In this document: piece by piece, positions 10,143 to 19,948 of the stretch
Layout: each line of letters begins with the position of its first letter
Position numbering within the stretch: position 1 is the first letter of the stretch
Assembly (NCBI GenBank): GCA_965223265.1
Contig: OZ244999.1
Location: forward strand, 960,001-1,024,000
Source of the DNA: Planctomycetota bacterium
GTDB lineage: Bacteria > Planctomycetota > UBA8108 > SXIK01
DNA: 64,000 nt
Reading direction: 5' to 3'
Position numbers and translations under genes: made by a program
The notes under the pieces: generated by a model
The model's input: only the letters and a program-made list of their open reading frames with translations
Databases searched by the model: none
What the model was told of the DNA's origin: nothing

Positions 10143-10469
10143 GACGGTCCCAACGTGCTGGAGTTCCGCTCCCTACCGCGACTCGGACCCGGTGCTCGGC
10201 GCCGCCGTTCGCTTTCGAGTCGGCCATCCTTGGTACCCGGCCTCCGAATCGGTGGCTGAGTCCACCGCCTTTGTTCCCGCTGTTCAAAAGGGTGTGTCTC
10301 CGCCTCCTCCGCCGCCTCTGTCTACGCCTCCGGCCCCCGTCTCACAGACTGATAAAGGTCAAAGTGCCGGCAGCGCATCCGCCGAAGAGGGATGTGATGA
10401 CGCTGGTCGCCTGCCGACGGCAGGCAAGCACACCGATCGCTGCTGGATTGAAGAGGAGGTTGAAGAGAG

Positions 10470-10952
10470 ATGCTGCGACGCATGGGTCTCGTTTTGGCGG
10501 CGGTGGGGGTGCTGGGATGCCACGGACGACCGTTGATCCTCTACGATGCCGCGGAAGGGCGCCAATGGGCGTGGCCTTACTTCCTTGACGAAAAGCCCAC
10601 GGTCCTCGCGTTCTGGTCGACTGATGAGATCGAATGCATCGACGCGATTCCGGCCCTGAACACGCTCAATCGCATGGACAGTTCGGTCGAGCTCGTCTCG
10701 GTCGTCGTCGGCGACGATCGGGCTCGCATCGACTCGACGCTGCGCGGCCAATACCGCTACCCCGTCGAGTTCGTCGCTCTTGTCGATCAGGAAGGACGAC
10801 TGGCACGAAAGTGCGGAGTCAGATGGTATCCGACCTACATTCTCTACGACGTGAACGGCAACGAAGTGACGCGTTCCCACGAGGTCGCGACCATCAACAA
10901 TTGGTTCACGCGTTCGCGTTGGTTGGCGCGGACGGGTGCGTACCGCGAGTGA
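10470..10952 (+). CDS. TlpA/ResA-like thioredoxin-fold lipoprotein with degenerate active site
   Basis: Lipobox VLGC; KPTVLAFWST-DEIEC; GVRWYPTYILYD. Confidence 0.7.
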   Translation: MLRRMGLVLAAVGVLGCHGRPLILYDAAEGRQWAWPYFLDEKPTVLAFWSTDEIECIDAIPALNTLNRMDSSVELVSVVVGDDRARIDSTLRGQYRYPVEFVALVDQEGRLARKCGVRWYPTYILYDVNGNEVTRSHEVATINNWFTRSRWLARTGAYRE

Positions 10953-11007
10953 ACAGACGGCGGTCGGCGTCGTCCGCGGAATGGAGTCTCAGGCGACAGC
11001 GCCACGC

Positions 11008-12615
11008 TCAGCGAAAACGGTTCGGAAACGGCCGAGAGCCGAGCAGCCCTACGAGCGCACTCACGAAGGTGCCGACGACGGTCCAATACGGCCACGCCAG
11101 GTTTGGAACGTAGTCCCTGATGAGTTCGGTGACGCCAGCTGGGACGACCTCCAAGAGGCTTTGCTCGATCGGTGGGGCAGAGGTAGCGGAACCGTCGAGC
11201 AAGGCTCGCAAGCGGAACACAAGAACGACGAAAGCGCTGAGCAGCATTCCGATGCTAACGGTGAGCGACGAGCCGCGCCGGGTCAAGAGGCCGACGAGAA
11301 ACGCCCCGAGCAGCCCGCCGTAGACGTAGGTCAGAACGCGGAGCGCCAGCTCGACGACACTCTCTTCGCCGCCGTGAAAGGCGCAAGCCGCCGCGATGAG
11401 AAGTGCTCCCCAGATCACGGTCGCGACGCGTGAGGCGGTCAGAAAGTGCCGATCCTCCTGCACGCGCAGACCGCGTAGACGCTGCAGTGGCCGGTAGAAG
11501 TCGGTGATCGTCGTGGCAGCAAGCGCATTGAGCACCGAGGTTAGACTGCTGAGTGCTGCAGCGACGAGCCCCGCGGTCATGAAGCCGGAGATCCCGGGCG
11601 GCAGTTCACGCAGGAAGAACGTCGGAAAGATGTGATTCTTGTTCTCAGGCAGGGTGTACTGCGGTGGGAACGCTTCGTAGTAGAGGGCCACGAGCGTGCC
11701 GACCGTCAGGAACAACGCAAAGAGCGGGATGATCAATACGCCGCTCGCGATGACCGAGAGGCTGCCGCTGCGGTCATCTTTGCAGGTGAGGATCCTCTGG
11801 GCGATGTCTTGATCGGTGCCGTGGGTGGCGACCGTCAGGAACGCGCCGCCGAGGAGTCCAGCGAGAAATGACTTGGCGTCGCTGAGGTCGAGGTTGAATG
11901 AGAACACCGAAATGCGTTCCAGGAACGACTCCATCGTCAGCGCGGTGACAGCTGGATTGGAGGCTGCTGCGCTACTGTCAAGCTCGATCAAGAGATACCC
12001 GATCGCCAAAAGGCAGCTGGCAAGAAACGTTAGCCCGAGCAGAACATCCGTCCAGATGACTGCTCGAATACCGCCGGCGACGGTGAGGAGCGTTCCTCCG
12101 ATGCCGACCAGGACGACTGTGGCGATCACCGGATCGACGGACCCGCCGATATCTCCCGCCGTTTCAAAGGCGAGAGCGAGCGCCACGCAGCCAGCCAGCA
12201 AACGCACCCCACTGGCGGCGATACGCCCGAACAGAAAGAGTAGGGCTGCCAGGGTTCGAGCTCCTGTGCCGAAGCGGTAGCCGAGGTATCCGTACACGGT
12301 CTCGTAGTCGTCGGCATAGAAAGCTCGAACGAAGAAGAGCGCCAAGAAGACGCGGCCAACCAGGTAGCCAAGCGTCAATTGAATGTAGCTCCAGTCGCCA
12401 GCGTATCCGAGTGCGGGGAGGCCGATGAAGCTGACCGCGCTGGTCTCCGTCGCGATGATCGATAGCGTCGCTGCCCACCAAGGCAGAGATCGACCGCCGA
12501 GAAAATAGTCGCGCGTATTCTTCTGACCGCGCGATGGATAGATCGCGACGCCGCCGACGACGCAAAAAAAAGCGGCGAAGACAACCCAATCGAGCGTGGT
12601 CAGTCCCGGTGCCAT
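11008..12615 (-). CDS. Sodium:solute symporter family transporter
   Basis: DYFLGGRSLPWW, SIIATETSAVSFIG, GGIRAVIWTD, GTDQDIAQR and AALSSLTSVLN; many TM helices. Confidence 0.93.
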   Translation of the reverse strand: MAPGLTTLDWVVFAAFFCVVGGVAIYPSRGQKNTRDYFLGGRSLPWWAATLSIIATETSAVSFIGLPALGYAGDWSYIQLTLGYLVGRVFLALFFVRAFYADDYETVYGYLGYRFGTGARTLAALLFLFGRIAASGVRLLAGCVALALAFETAGDIGGSVDPVIATVVLVGIGGTLLTVAGGIRAVIWTDVLLGLTFLASCLLAIGYLLIELDSSAAASNPAVTALTMESFLERISVFSFNLDLSDAKSFLAGLLGGAFLTVATHGTDQDIAQRILTCKDDRSGSLSVIASGVLIIPLFALFLTVGTLVALYYEAFPPQYTLPENKNHIFPTFFLRELPPGISGFMTAGLVAAALSSLTSVLNALAATTITDFYRPLQRLRGLRVQEDRHFLTASRVATVIWGALLIAAACAFHGGEESVVELALRVLTYVYGGLLGAFLVGLLTRRGSSLTVSIGMLLSAFVVLVFRLRALLDGSATSAPPIEQSLLEVVPAGVTELIRDYVPNLAWPYWTVVGTFVSALVGLLGSRPFPNRFR

Positions 12616-13064
12616 GGCGGCGCAGTATAGCGAGCGCTGCGAGTTGGTGCAATCAGCGTCGAAACGAGCGCCGGAGTAGCCAAGCGAAACACAGAAGCCG
12701 ATGCTTGGCCGTGAGAATCCTGCTCGGCAAGAAGAACCCAGCAGAGAACGTTGCGTCGATCCGTCTTTTGGCCTGTATCAGCTCCCGCTTCGGTTCTCCA
12801 ACGTGTCCGTTCCCGCGCATCTTTCCGCGCGTCTCCTTCGTGTCCTCGGGCGTCTGCTTTCCGCCGCGGCAAACAGTGGAGCTCGCCCCCGCCAGCTCCT
12901 ATAATTCCCGCTTGTTTCCGAGCGCGTTGCGGTGGTGATGACGCATCCGGCCTTCCGGCTGTGCCGGCACCTACTGCCGGCACCCTCTGTCGGTATACGT
13001 TCCCGCGATCATGAACTAGCCACGACGGCGCGCCTCTTGTTCTCGATCACCTGGAGTTCACGCT

Positions 13065-13736
13065 ATGGCTCAGTTCCGACGCCTGGAGACGTTGACGACG
13101 ATACTGCGCACCGGGCTTGTGCCGATCTTCTACGATCGTGATCCCGAGATGGCGCAATCGGTGGCGCGTGCGGTTGCGCGTGGCGGCTCCAACGTCATCG
13201 AGTTCACCAACCGAGGCGATGGCGCGCCGCGAGTTTTCGAGGAGCTGGTACGTGTCTGCCGCGCTGAGCTACCTGAAATGGTCGTGGGTGTCGGGACCAT
13301 CGGCGACGCGGCGACGGCGGCTCTCTATCTCTCGCTCGGCGCTGACTACGTCGTCACCCCGGTCCTGCAGCCCGACGTGATTCGTCTCTGCAATCGACGC
13401 AAGATTCCGGTCCTTCCCGGCTGCGGTACTTCGACGGAGATCGCACAAGCTGAGGAGCTCGGATGTGAGATCATCAAAGTGTTTCCGGCGGACGCGCTCG
13501 GTGGACCAGGCTTCATCAAGTCGCTGCTCGGACCGTCTCCGTGGTCGTCGCTGATGCCGACCGGAGGTGTGTCGCTCACCGCTGAGAGTGTGCAAGGGTG
13601 GCTCAAAGCCGGTGCGGTTGCCGTCGGTATGGGGTCGGCGCTCTTGAGCAAGGATCTGCTTGCGGGCAAAGACTTTGAGGCGGTCAGCGAGCGGGTGGCG
13701 CAGGTCCTTGGGTGGATCCGCGAGGCCCGCGCGTGA
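13065..13736 (+). CDS. eda: KDPG/KHG aldolase
   Basis: IEFTNR, GVGTI, IIKVFPA and LMPTGGV motifs. Confidence 0.9.
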   Translation: MAQFRRLETLTTILRTGLVPIFYDRDPEMAQSVARAVARGGSNVIEFTNRGDGAPRVFEELVRVCRAELPEMVVGVGTIGDAATAALYLSLGADYVVTPVLQPDVIRLCNRRKIPVLPGCGTSTEIAQAEELGCEIIKVFPADALGGPGFIKSLLGPSPWSSLMPTGGVSLTAESVQGWLKAGAVAVGMGSALLSKDLLAGKDFEAVSERVAQVLGWIREARA

Positions 13737-13865
13737 GAGAGTCGGCGACCGGCGCGCAGATTGGGGACCGCGAGAAGTCTTTCGACGGGTTTGGACACAG
13801 CAAATACTCGCCGCGTTGAACGATCGGTGCGGCAGCGAACCATATCTTCGTGAGGAACAAGCTTT

Positions 13866-14135
13866 ATGTCTCTTTTCAAAGTGACGATCGAATACTGCGT
13901 GCAGTGAAACTTCAAGCCGAAGGCGACCAGTTTGGTCGCTGAAATCGCGACGAAGTTTAAGGATTCCGCGTTCGACCTCGAGACCCAGCTCATCGAGGGA
14001 CGTGGCGGCGTGTTCGACGTCAAGCTCGACGGCGACCTCATCTTTAGCAAGCAGCAGGTGGATCGCTTTCCCAATGCTGGCGAGGTGTCTGAAATCATCG
14101 AGGCGCGCCTGGCTGACGCATCCGCCAGCGGATGA
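13866..14135 (+). CDS. SelW/SelT/SelH (Rdx) family selenoprotein with CxxU motif
   Basis: ATG 13866 gives MSLFKVTIEYCVQ-TGA(13905)-NFKPKATSLVAEI..GRGGVFDVKLDGDLIFSKQQVDRFP. The Rdx signature lies on both sides of the TGA; GAGGA RBS upstream. Confidence 0.9.
13908..13943 (+). promoter_or_regulatory. Putative bacterial SECIS element
   Basis: Stem GCGACCA(13923-29)/TGGTCGC(13933-39) with a G-initiated loop 22 nt after the TGA; lower stem TTCA/TGAA. Confidence 0.75.
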
Positions 14136-14152
14136 AGCGTTGTGAGTCGTGA

Positions 14153-16267
14153 ATGAAGAAGGATCCCAACGCCCACGCTCTGCGGGTACTCGAGTATGAC
14201 CGTATTCGCGAAGTGCTCGCGTCGTACGCCGCGTCGCCGCTTGGAAAACAGCTGGCGCGTCGCTTGCAGCCACTGACGTCGATGGATCTGATGGCGCAAG
14301 CGCACGAGCAGGCGCAGGAGATGCGCACGCTCCTGCGCCGCGACGTGCGCATTCCGCTGGCAGGCAGTCGCGATGTGGTCAGTGAGCTCGATCGGGTGAA
14401 GCGCCACGGCCGCCCAGCAGAGGCGGAGCAGCTCTATCATGTCGTCGAGCTCCTGCGCGTCGGTGTGCGACTGCGCGGCCTCCTGGGCGAGAATTCGGCG
14501 ACGCCGCAGCTAGCCGCTCTGGCGCGAACGATTGAAGACAAGCCTGAGCTCCGCGACGAGATCCCGCAGCGCGTTGATCCCCGCGACGGCGTGCGCAGCG
14601 AAGCGTCGCCGAAGCTGGCCGAGCTACGGCAGCGCATCGAGCGACTGCGCGAGCAGCTGCGTGAAAAGGCGCGGCGCATGCTCTCGAGTCCCGAGCTGCG
14701 CGGCGCGTTTCAGGGCGGCGGCGTCACGATCAAGCACGATCGCTACCTTGTGCCGGTCAAGGGCGAGTACCGGGCGCGAGTGCGCGGTCCCATTCGTGAC
14801 CGTTCGCACAGTGGTTCGACGCTCTTCGTTGAGCCGGAGAGCATGACTCAGCAAGGGGATGAGCTCGTCGATTGCGTCGACAAGGAACGGGGCGAAGTCC
14901 TCCGCATTCTGTGGGAGTTGACGCGCAAGGTGCTCGACGCGCGGCCAGTCTTGCGGCGAGTCCAGGAGAGCATTGCCCGGATCGATCTCACCTTTGCCAA
15001 AGCGGCCTACGCGGAAGCTTTCGGACTCGAGAGTCCGCAGATCGAGCCGCAGAACGTCCTTGACCTACGCGACGCGCGCCATCCCTACCTTATGTGGTTG
15101 GCACGCGACACCCACAAGGACCACCGCAGCATCGACCTTGAGCGAGTGCACGCCAGCGTGCGCGCACTCAGCGTTCGCCTTGGCGAGCGTTACCGCGTCG
15201 TCGTCGTCACCGGACCCAACACGGGCGGTAAGACGGTGGCGCTCAAAACGATTGGACTGAACGTGTTGCTTGCGCTCAGCGGTGTGCCGATCGCGGCGTC
15301 GGCGCAGTCGCGAGTGCCGTGCTATCAGGGCGTTTTCGCTGACATCGGCGACGAGCAGAGCATCGAGCAGAGCTTGAGCACGTTTTCGTCCCATCTGACG
15401 CAGATCATCAACGTGCTGCGCCGCGCTGAAGGCCGGGCGCTGATTCTGTTCGACGAACTGGGGGCTGGCACCGACCCGCTTGAAGGAGCGGCGCTGGGTC
15501 AAGCGATTCTCGACCGCTGTTTGGAGCGTGGCTGGCACACTGTGATCACGACTCATATCGGTAGTCTGAAGAGTTATGCATTTGCCCGAGACGGCGTGGA
15601 GAACGCCGCGATGGAGTTCGACGAAGAGTCTCTGCAGCCGACCTATCGACTGCTGATGGGGGTGCCTGGACGTTCGATGGCGCTCGCCGTCGCGGGTCGT
15701 ATGGGTTTCGACGAAGCGCTGCTGGCCGCTGCCGCCGAACAAGTCGAGAGTGACGGCGGACCGTCGCAGCAGGTGATCCGTGGAATGGAGAAGAGCCGCC
15801 GCCGCATCGAGCGTGAGCGGAAGCGGGTGGAGAGCGCCAGGCGCAAGGCAACCGGTGAGGCGCGCGAGTATGAGGAGCGCAAGCGGGAGCTCGACGCCGA
15901 AAAGGACGGATTGCGGCGTGAGATGGAGGAGGCGGTTGACGAGACTCTTCGGCACGCCAAGGCGAAGCTTCAGCCCCTCATGGATCGTCTCAGCAATCTG
16001 CCGCAAAGCCACGCGCGAACAGTCAACGAACTGCGTGAAGAGGTTGAGCGGCTGCTCGTGTCGGCGCCGCTTGGCGAACGGCGAGAAGCATTCGCGCGTT
16101 CTTTGAAGAAAGGTTCGTCCGTCTACGTGCCCAAGTTTCGCAGCACAGGTGAGGTGCGCAAAATCGATAAAGGTGGCCGCCGGCTGACCTTGCTGCTAAA
16201 CTCCATGTCGGTCGAAATCAGTTTCGACGATGTTTCGTGGATCGATGCCGGTGGCACGGAAGGGTGA
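14153..16267 (+). CDS. mutS2: MutS2 family ATPase with KOW domain and no SMR domain
   Basis: LEYDRI, SGSTLFVEP, ARHP, TGPNTGGKT, DIGDEQSIEQSLSTFSSH, DELGAGTDP and GVPGRS motifs; ends after a KOW-like domain. Confidence 0.93.
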   Translation: MKKDPNAHALRVLEYDRIREVLASYAASPLGKQLARRLQPLTSMDLMAQAHEQAQEMRTLLRRDVRIPLAGSRDVVSELDRVKRHGRPAEAEQLYHVVELLRVGVRLRGLLGENSATPQLAALARTIEDKPELRDEIPQRVDPRDGVRSEASPKLAELRQRIERLREQLREKARRMLSSPELRGAFQGGGVTIKHDRYLVPVKGEYRARVRGPIRDRSHSGSTLFVEPESMTQQGDELVDCVDKERGEVLRILWELTRKVLDARPVLRRVQESIARIDLTFAKAAYAEAFGLESPQIEPQNVLDLRDARHPYLMWLARDTHKDHRSIDLERVHASVRALSVRLGERYRVVVVTGPNTGGKTVALKTIGLNVLLALSGVPIAASAQSRVPCYQGVFADIGDEQSIEQSLSTFSSHLTQIINVLRRAEGRALILFDELGAGTDPLEGAALGQAILDRCLERGWHTVITTHIGSLKSYAFARDGVENAAMEFDEESLQPTYRLLMGVPGRSMALAVAGRMGFDEALLAAAAEQVESDGGPSQQVIRGMEKSRRRIERERKRVESARRKATGEAREYEERKRELDAEKDGLRREMEEAVDETLRHAKAKLQPLMDRLSNLPQSHARTVNELREEVERLLVSAPLGERREAFARSLKKGSSVYVPKFRSTGEVRKIDKGGRRLTLLLNSMSVEISFDDVSWIDAGGTEG

Positions 16268-16430
16268 ACAGGTCGTCGCGAGGACGCCGCAGAACCATCG
16301 GCCGTCGGCACGCAGGTGATTGAGGCTGGTGATTGAGATCCCACGCGGGCATCGGATCGTCGAATTCGATCGATCCGCTCTCGCCCGTTTGACACTTTGT
16401 TCGTTGGGAAACCGTCTTGTTGGAAACGAA

Positions 16431-17345
16431 GTGACTGGCAACGTGTTACGCATCCCCAGATCGCGGTCCTTGGTCGCAGCGCTGTGGGCGGTGAGCTTCT
16501 GCCTCGCGACGCCTGGGGAATTTGTACTGCGTGGACTGAGCGCGCAGGAGAAAGCCGGCGCGGCGGCAACAGACGAGGCGAAGGGCAACGGCGCTGGAGC
16601 CGGCCGCGTGCGCGAGGTGCTGAGACTGCCGGCGGCCAATGGCGCGGCTGCCGCACCGGACCGTCGCGAGCAAGAGCCCAAGAACAACGCGAACGCGAAG
16701 TGGAAACCGTGGAAAGAGCTTTTTAGTCGAGCCACTGCAGCGAAGCTGCTGGGGGCTTTTCTGCTGTCGGCTCTCCTGGCAGCTGCGATCGCCTACCACC
16801 CTTCTAGTCTCGGCAAGGCGCGTCGACTCTCGGAGCTGGAGGCACCCAAGACATACGTTTTGTACGCCGTCGTCGGTTCCCTCGTGGGAATGCTTGTCGC
16901 GACCAACGATCTCCTTGGGCTCGCCATCTTCGGCTTAGGCGGGCTGATGCGCTTCCGCACTGATGTTGGCGCCGCCAAGGATACCGGGCGCGTTATCTTT
17001 GTAACTCTCATCGGTCTTTGCTGCGGGCTGGACAAGCCAGCCGTGGCCGTTTACTCGACGCTTTTCGTTTTCGTGCTGATTTTCCTTCTCGAGCGAGGTG
17101 TTGTGTACCGCATCGCCGTCAAGGGGGTGGGCGAGCAGCAGATCGTGAGCTCCGAATCGGCCTATGTCGAACTTTTGGTTGAGTACGGCTGCCGCATCCT
17201 CAACGTGAAGAAGAACGTGATCAAGAATCAGATCCAAATCACGTTCCGCGCTCCTCGCACGCTCGATCAAGAAGACCTTGAGGAAGTCCTCGCGGAAGAG
17301 ATCGCGGACGAGCGCAAGGGCGTGATCGATTGGCAGACGCGATAG
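16431..17345 (+). CDS. DUF4956-like membrane protein
   Basis: TM bundle with FGLGGLMRFRT..KDT motif and a C-terminal soluble domain. Start uncertain (16320-16444). Confidence 0.65.
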   Translation: MTGNVLRIPRSRSLVAALWAVSFCLATPGEFVLRGLSAQEKAGAAATDEAKGNGAGAGRVREVLRLPAANGAAAAPDRREQEPKNNANAKWKPWKELFSRATAAKLLGAFLLSALLAAAIAYHPSSLGKARRLSELEAPKTYVLYAVVGSLVGMLVATNDLLGLAIFGLGGLMRFRTDVGAAKDTGRVIFVTLIGLCCGLDKPAVAVYSTLFVFVLIFLLERGVVYRIAVKGVGEQQIVSSESAYVELLVEYGCRILNVKKNVIKNQIQITFRAPRTLDQEDLEEVLAEEIADERKGVIDWQTR

Positions 17346-17383
17346 TCTTGGCGCGTCGATTGCGCCGCATGGTGTGAGACTCA

Positions 17384-18538
17384 GTGAAGCGCATCTACCT
17401 CGACAACGCCGCCACGTCGTTTCCCAAGCCTGAAGCGGTTTGGGCAGCGGTGCTCGAGCAGGGTCAGCATGTCGGTGCCAATGCCGGGCGAGGAAGCTAC
17501 TCGAGCGCGCAGGCGGCGACGCAGATCCTCGAAGCGGCGCGTGTGCGACTGGCGCGTCTCTTTCACGGCGAGCCCGAGCGTACAATACTGACGTTCAACT
17601 GCACGGACGCACTCAACATCGCGCTCAAGGGGTTCCTCGACCCTGGGGATCACGTGGTCACATCCGCGATCGAGCACAACTCGGTGCGGCGGCCGCTTGC
17701 TGGCCTCGAACGCGAGCGCGGCGTCGAAGTGACCATGGTCGCCGCGGACGCACGTGGGCTCGTCGATGCTTCAGCGCTCCGCGCCGCGTTGCGCCCAAAC
17801 ACGAAACTCGTGGCGCTGCTTCACGCTTCGAACGTCTGCGGCACAATCCAGCCCATCGCGGAGGTCGGCGAGATCTGTCGGCAACGACGCGTTCGTTTTC
17901 TCCTCGATGCGGCTCAGACGGCCGGCTCGGTGGACATCGACATGGAGGCACTCGGCGTCGACTTTCTAGCTGTCCCGGGTCACAAGGGACTATTGGGCCC
18001 TCTCGGAACGGGCGCGCTTCTCGTTGCCGAGGGTGTCGACGTGCGCGCGTGGCGTGAAGGAGGTACCGGATCGAGCTCGGCGGACGAAAAGCAACCGGAG
18101 AACTACCCCGCGCACCTCGAGGCTGGCTCGGCCAACGTACCGGGTCTCGCCGGCCTGGTGGCGTCCCTCACCTACCTCGAGGGCTGCGGCATCGCCGCGC
18201 TGCGCCAACGCACGCAGGACGTCGCAGCGCGATTCTTCGCGCGCCTCGTCGACACCCCTGGACTCGAGATTGGCGGTGAACCTGAGCTCGAGCGGCGTGA
18301 GCCGATCTTTCCGGTGCGGCTCCCGAAACTCCGGCCGGATGAGCTCGCCGCGCTGCTCGACGCGAGCTATGGCATCGAGGTGCGGGCGGGGCTTCACTGC
18401 GCCCCTGGCGCTCATCGCGCGCTCGGAACGTACCCTGACGGCAGCGTGCGCATTTCCCTCGGTCCGTTCACTTCGGCGGCAGACGTAGACGCTGCCGCTG
18501 ACGCCTTGGAGGAAATCGCTCATTCGTCGCGCTCGTAG
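17384..18538 (+). CDS. Cysteine desulfurase/selenocysteine lyase family, aminotransferase class V
   Basis: YLDNAATSFPKP, EHNS, LDAAQ, PGHKGLLGP and RAGLHCAP motifs. Confidence 0.9.
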   Translation: MKRIYLDNAATSFPKPEAVWAAVLEQGQHVGANAGRGSYSSAQAATQILEAARVRLARLFHGEPERTILTFNCTDALNIALKGFLDPGDHVVTSAIEHNSVRRPLAGLERERGVEVTMVAADARGLVDASALRAALRPNTKLVALLHASNVCGTIQPIAEVGEICRQRRVRFLLDAAQTAGSVDIDMEALGVDFLAVPGHKGLLGPLGTGALLVAEGVDVRAWREGGTGSSSADEKQPENYPAHLEAGSANVPGLAGLVASLTYLEGCGIAALRQRTQDVAARFFARLVDTPGLEIGGEPELERREPIFPVRLPKLRPDELAALLDASYGIEVRAGLHCAPGAHRALGTYPDGSVRISLGPFTSAADVDAAADALEEIAHSSRS

Positions 18539-18559
18539 CACGCGGCGTGGCCCGCGCGA

Positions 18560-19909
18560 CTACCGCGAGTTTCTCGGCCTCGGCTTGGAGCGGTTTGCCT
18601 TCGCTTTGGCGGCGCGTTTAAGGACGAAATCGCGCCACCGGCTAAGGAGCTCCCGCGAGGAGTCGCCGAGGAGTCGTCTGAGCGCACGTTCTTGATACGG
18701 AACGTAGCGCATATGAAACTCGGCGAACGCTCCGTCGTCCGGCGCAGGAGACTCAGGCGCGTCCTTGCCCTTCATGGCTTCAAGAAACTCGTCGAGTTTG
18801 TTCTTCTCAGCCAAGTAGGCGACGAAGGTCATACTGAGCTGGCGAGACGTCCTTCCCAGCCTTGGTCCTGACTCTTCAAGCAGCTCGAACAGAAGCTGCC
18901 GCGCGTTTTCTTCATCCTCGAGGAGATCACCAGCCGCGGCGAAGATCTCCTCCTCGAGCTGTTTCGTCTCCCGCGTCGGGGTTGCGGCGGTCACCATCTG
19001 CTCGACCCCGTCGTAAATCCAGCGACTCAGCCACGCGTCTTCACGGTGCAGCTCGGCGAGCGCCGTTTCGCTGAGCACAGCCGCCAAAGCGCGGCTTTCC
19101 GGTTGCCAGAGCACGATCCGTTCGCCGCGACGGTAGGCTCCGGTTGGGTTGCGAGCCGACGTAACGCCGTCGATGTTTTTTGCGAACCGATCAAACTCAG
19201 ATTCGGAACGCAGAAGGACGATCTGTAACTTGCGCTTGCCGAGGACGCGTCGGCTACTCGTGCCGATGAGTTTTGCCGTTGATCGCCTGAGTCGATCGAG
19301 ATGACGGCGCAGTCGCTTCAGAACGTCGTCGCCTTTGTCGACGGTCGTGTGGATGAGAAGGTTGCGTTCTTCGTCTGTGTGAAACGGCACTCCGAAGCGT
19401 TCTTCTGTCTTGTGCGCCCACTCCAGCATGCTCCGGCGCTGAGCGGCAGCCTTCGACTCAGTTGTCTCTCTCTTCTCGGCTTCGGGGATCCGGTCAGAGT
19501 CTGTGGCGACGGTCTGAGTTGTGCCCGTTTCTCCGCGCACAGCGGCGACCGCCGCAGTGCGCTCGGTCAGCTGGTTTCGGGCGATACGACGCCAACCGGT
19601 GCCGTAGCGTTCGAACCCAAGGGCGCGACGAGCAGCTGCGCACTCCGTGTCGATGGTGATGGCACGGTGGTAAGCCTGTTTGGCACGTTCGGCCAATTGC
19701 TGGCGCTCACACCACCTAGCGAGCTCAACGAACGCGTCGGCGTCGAGGGGTGGGGTCTGCGTCAGACGTTTGACGTACTCCTCGATCTTCGTCTGCTCCG
19801 TTCGCGAGCCACGGGCGAAAGCCGCGGGCGACAGGTGGGTTGCACAGATGACGGCAGTGACAGCTAACGAAAGACAGCGCAAAGAATGCATGGGAAAAAC
19901 TACCCTCAA
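18560..19909 (-). CDS. Secreted hypothetical protein (helical N-domain plus degenerate peptidase-like domain)
   Basis: Signal peptide; ELARWC..ARRALGF motif of the kind seen in planctomycete proteins; long ORF with coding-like composition. Confidence 0.65.
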   Translation of the reverse strand: MRVVFPMHSLRCLSLAVTAVICATHLSPAAFARGSRTEQTKIEEYVKRLTQTPPLDADAFVELARWCERQQLAERAKQAYHRAITIDTECAAARRALGFERYGTGWRRIARNQLTERTAAVAAVRGETGTTQTVATDSDRIPEAEKRETTESKAAAQRRSMLEWAHKTEERFGVPFHTDEERNLLIHTTVDKGDDVLKRLRRHLDRLRRSTAKLIGTSSRRVLGKRKLQIVLLRSESEFDRFAKNIDGVTSARNPTGAYRRGERIVLWQPESRALAAVLSETALAELHREDAWLSRWIYDGVEQMVTAATPTRETKQLEEEIFAAAGDLLEDEENARQLLFELLEESGPRLGRTSRQLSMTFVAYLAEKNKLDEFLEAMKGKDAPESPAPDDGAFAEFHMRYVPYQERALRRLLGDSSRELLSRWRDFVLKRAAKAKANRSKPRPRNSR

Positions 19910-19948
19910 AGGAGTGAGTCACGATGAGCGCGAACGCCCCCGCCTAAC

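Noticed and set aside
13932-14135. 67-aa ORF as an independent gene
   Set aside because: It is the post-UGA part of the selenoprotein that starts at 13866.
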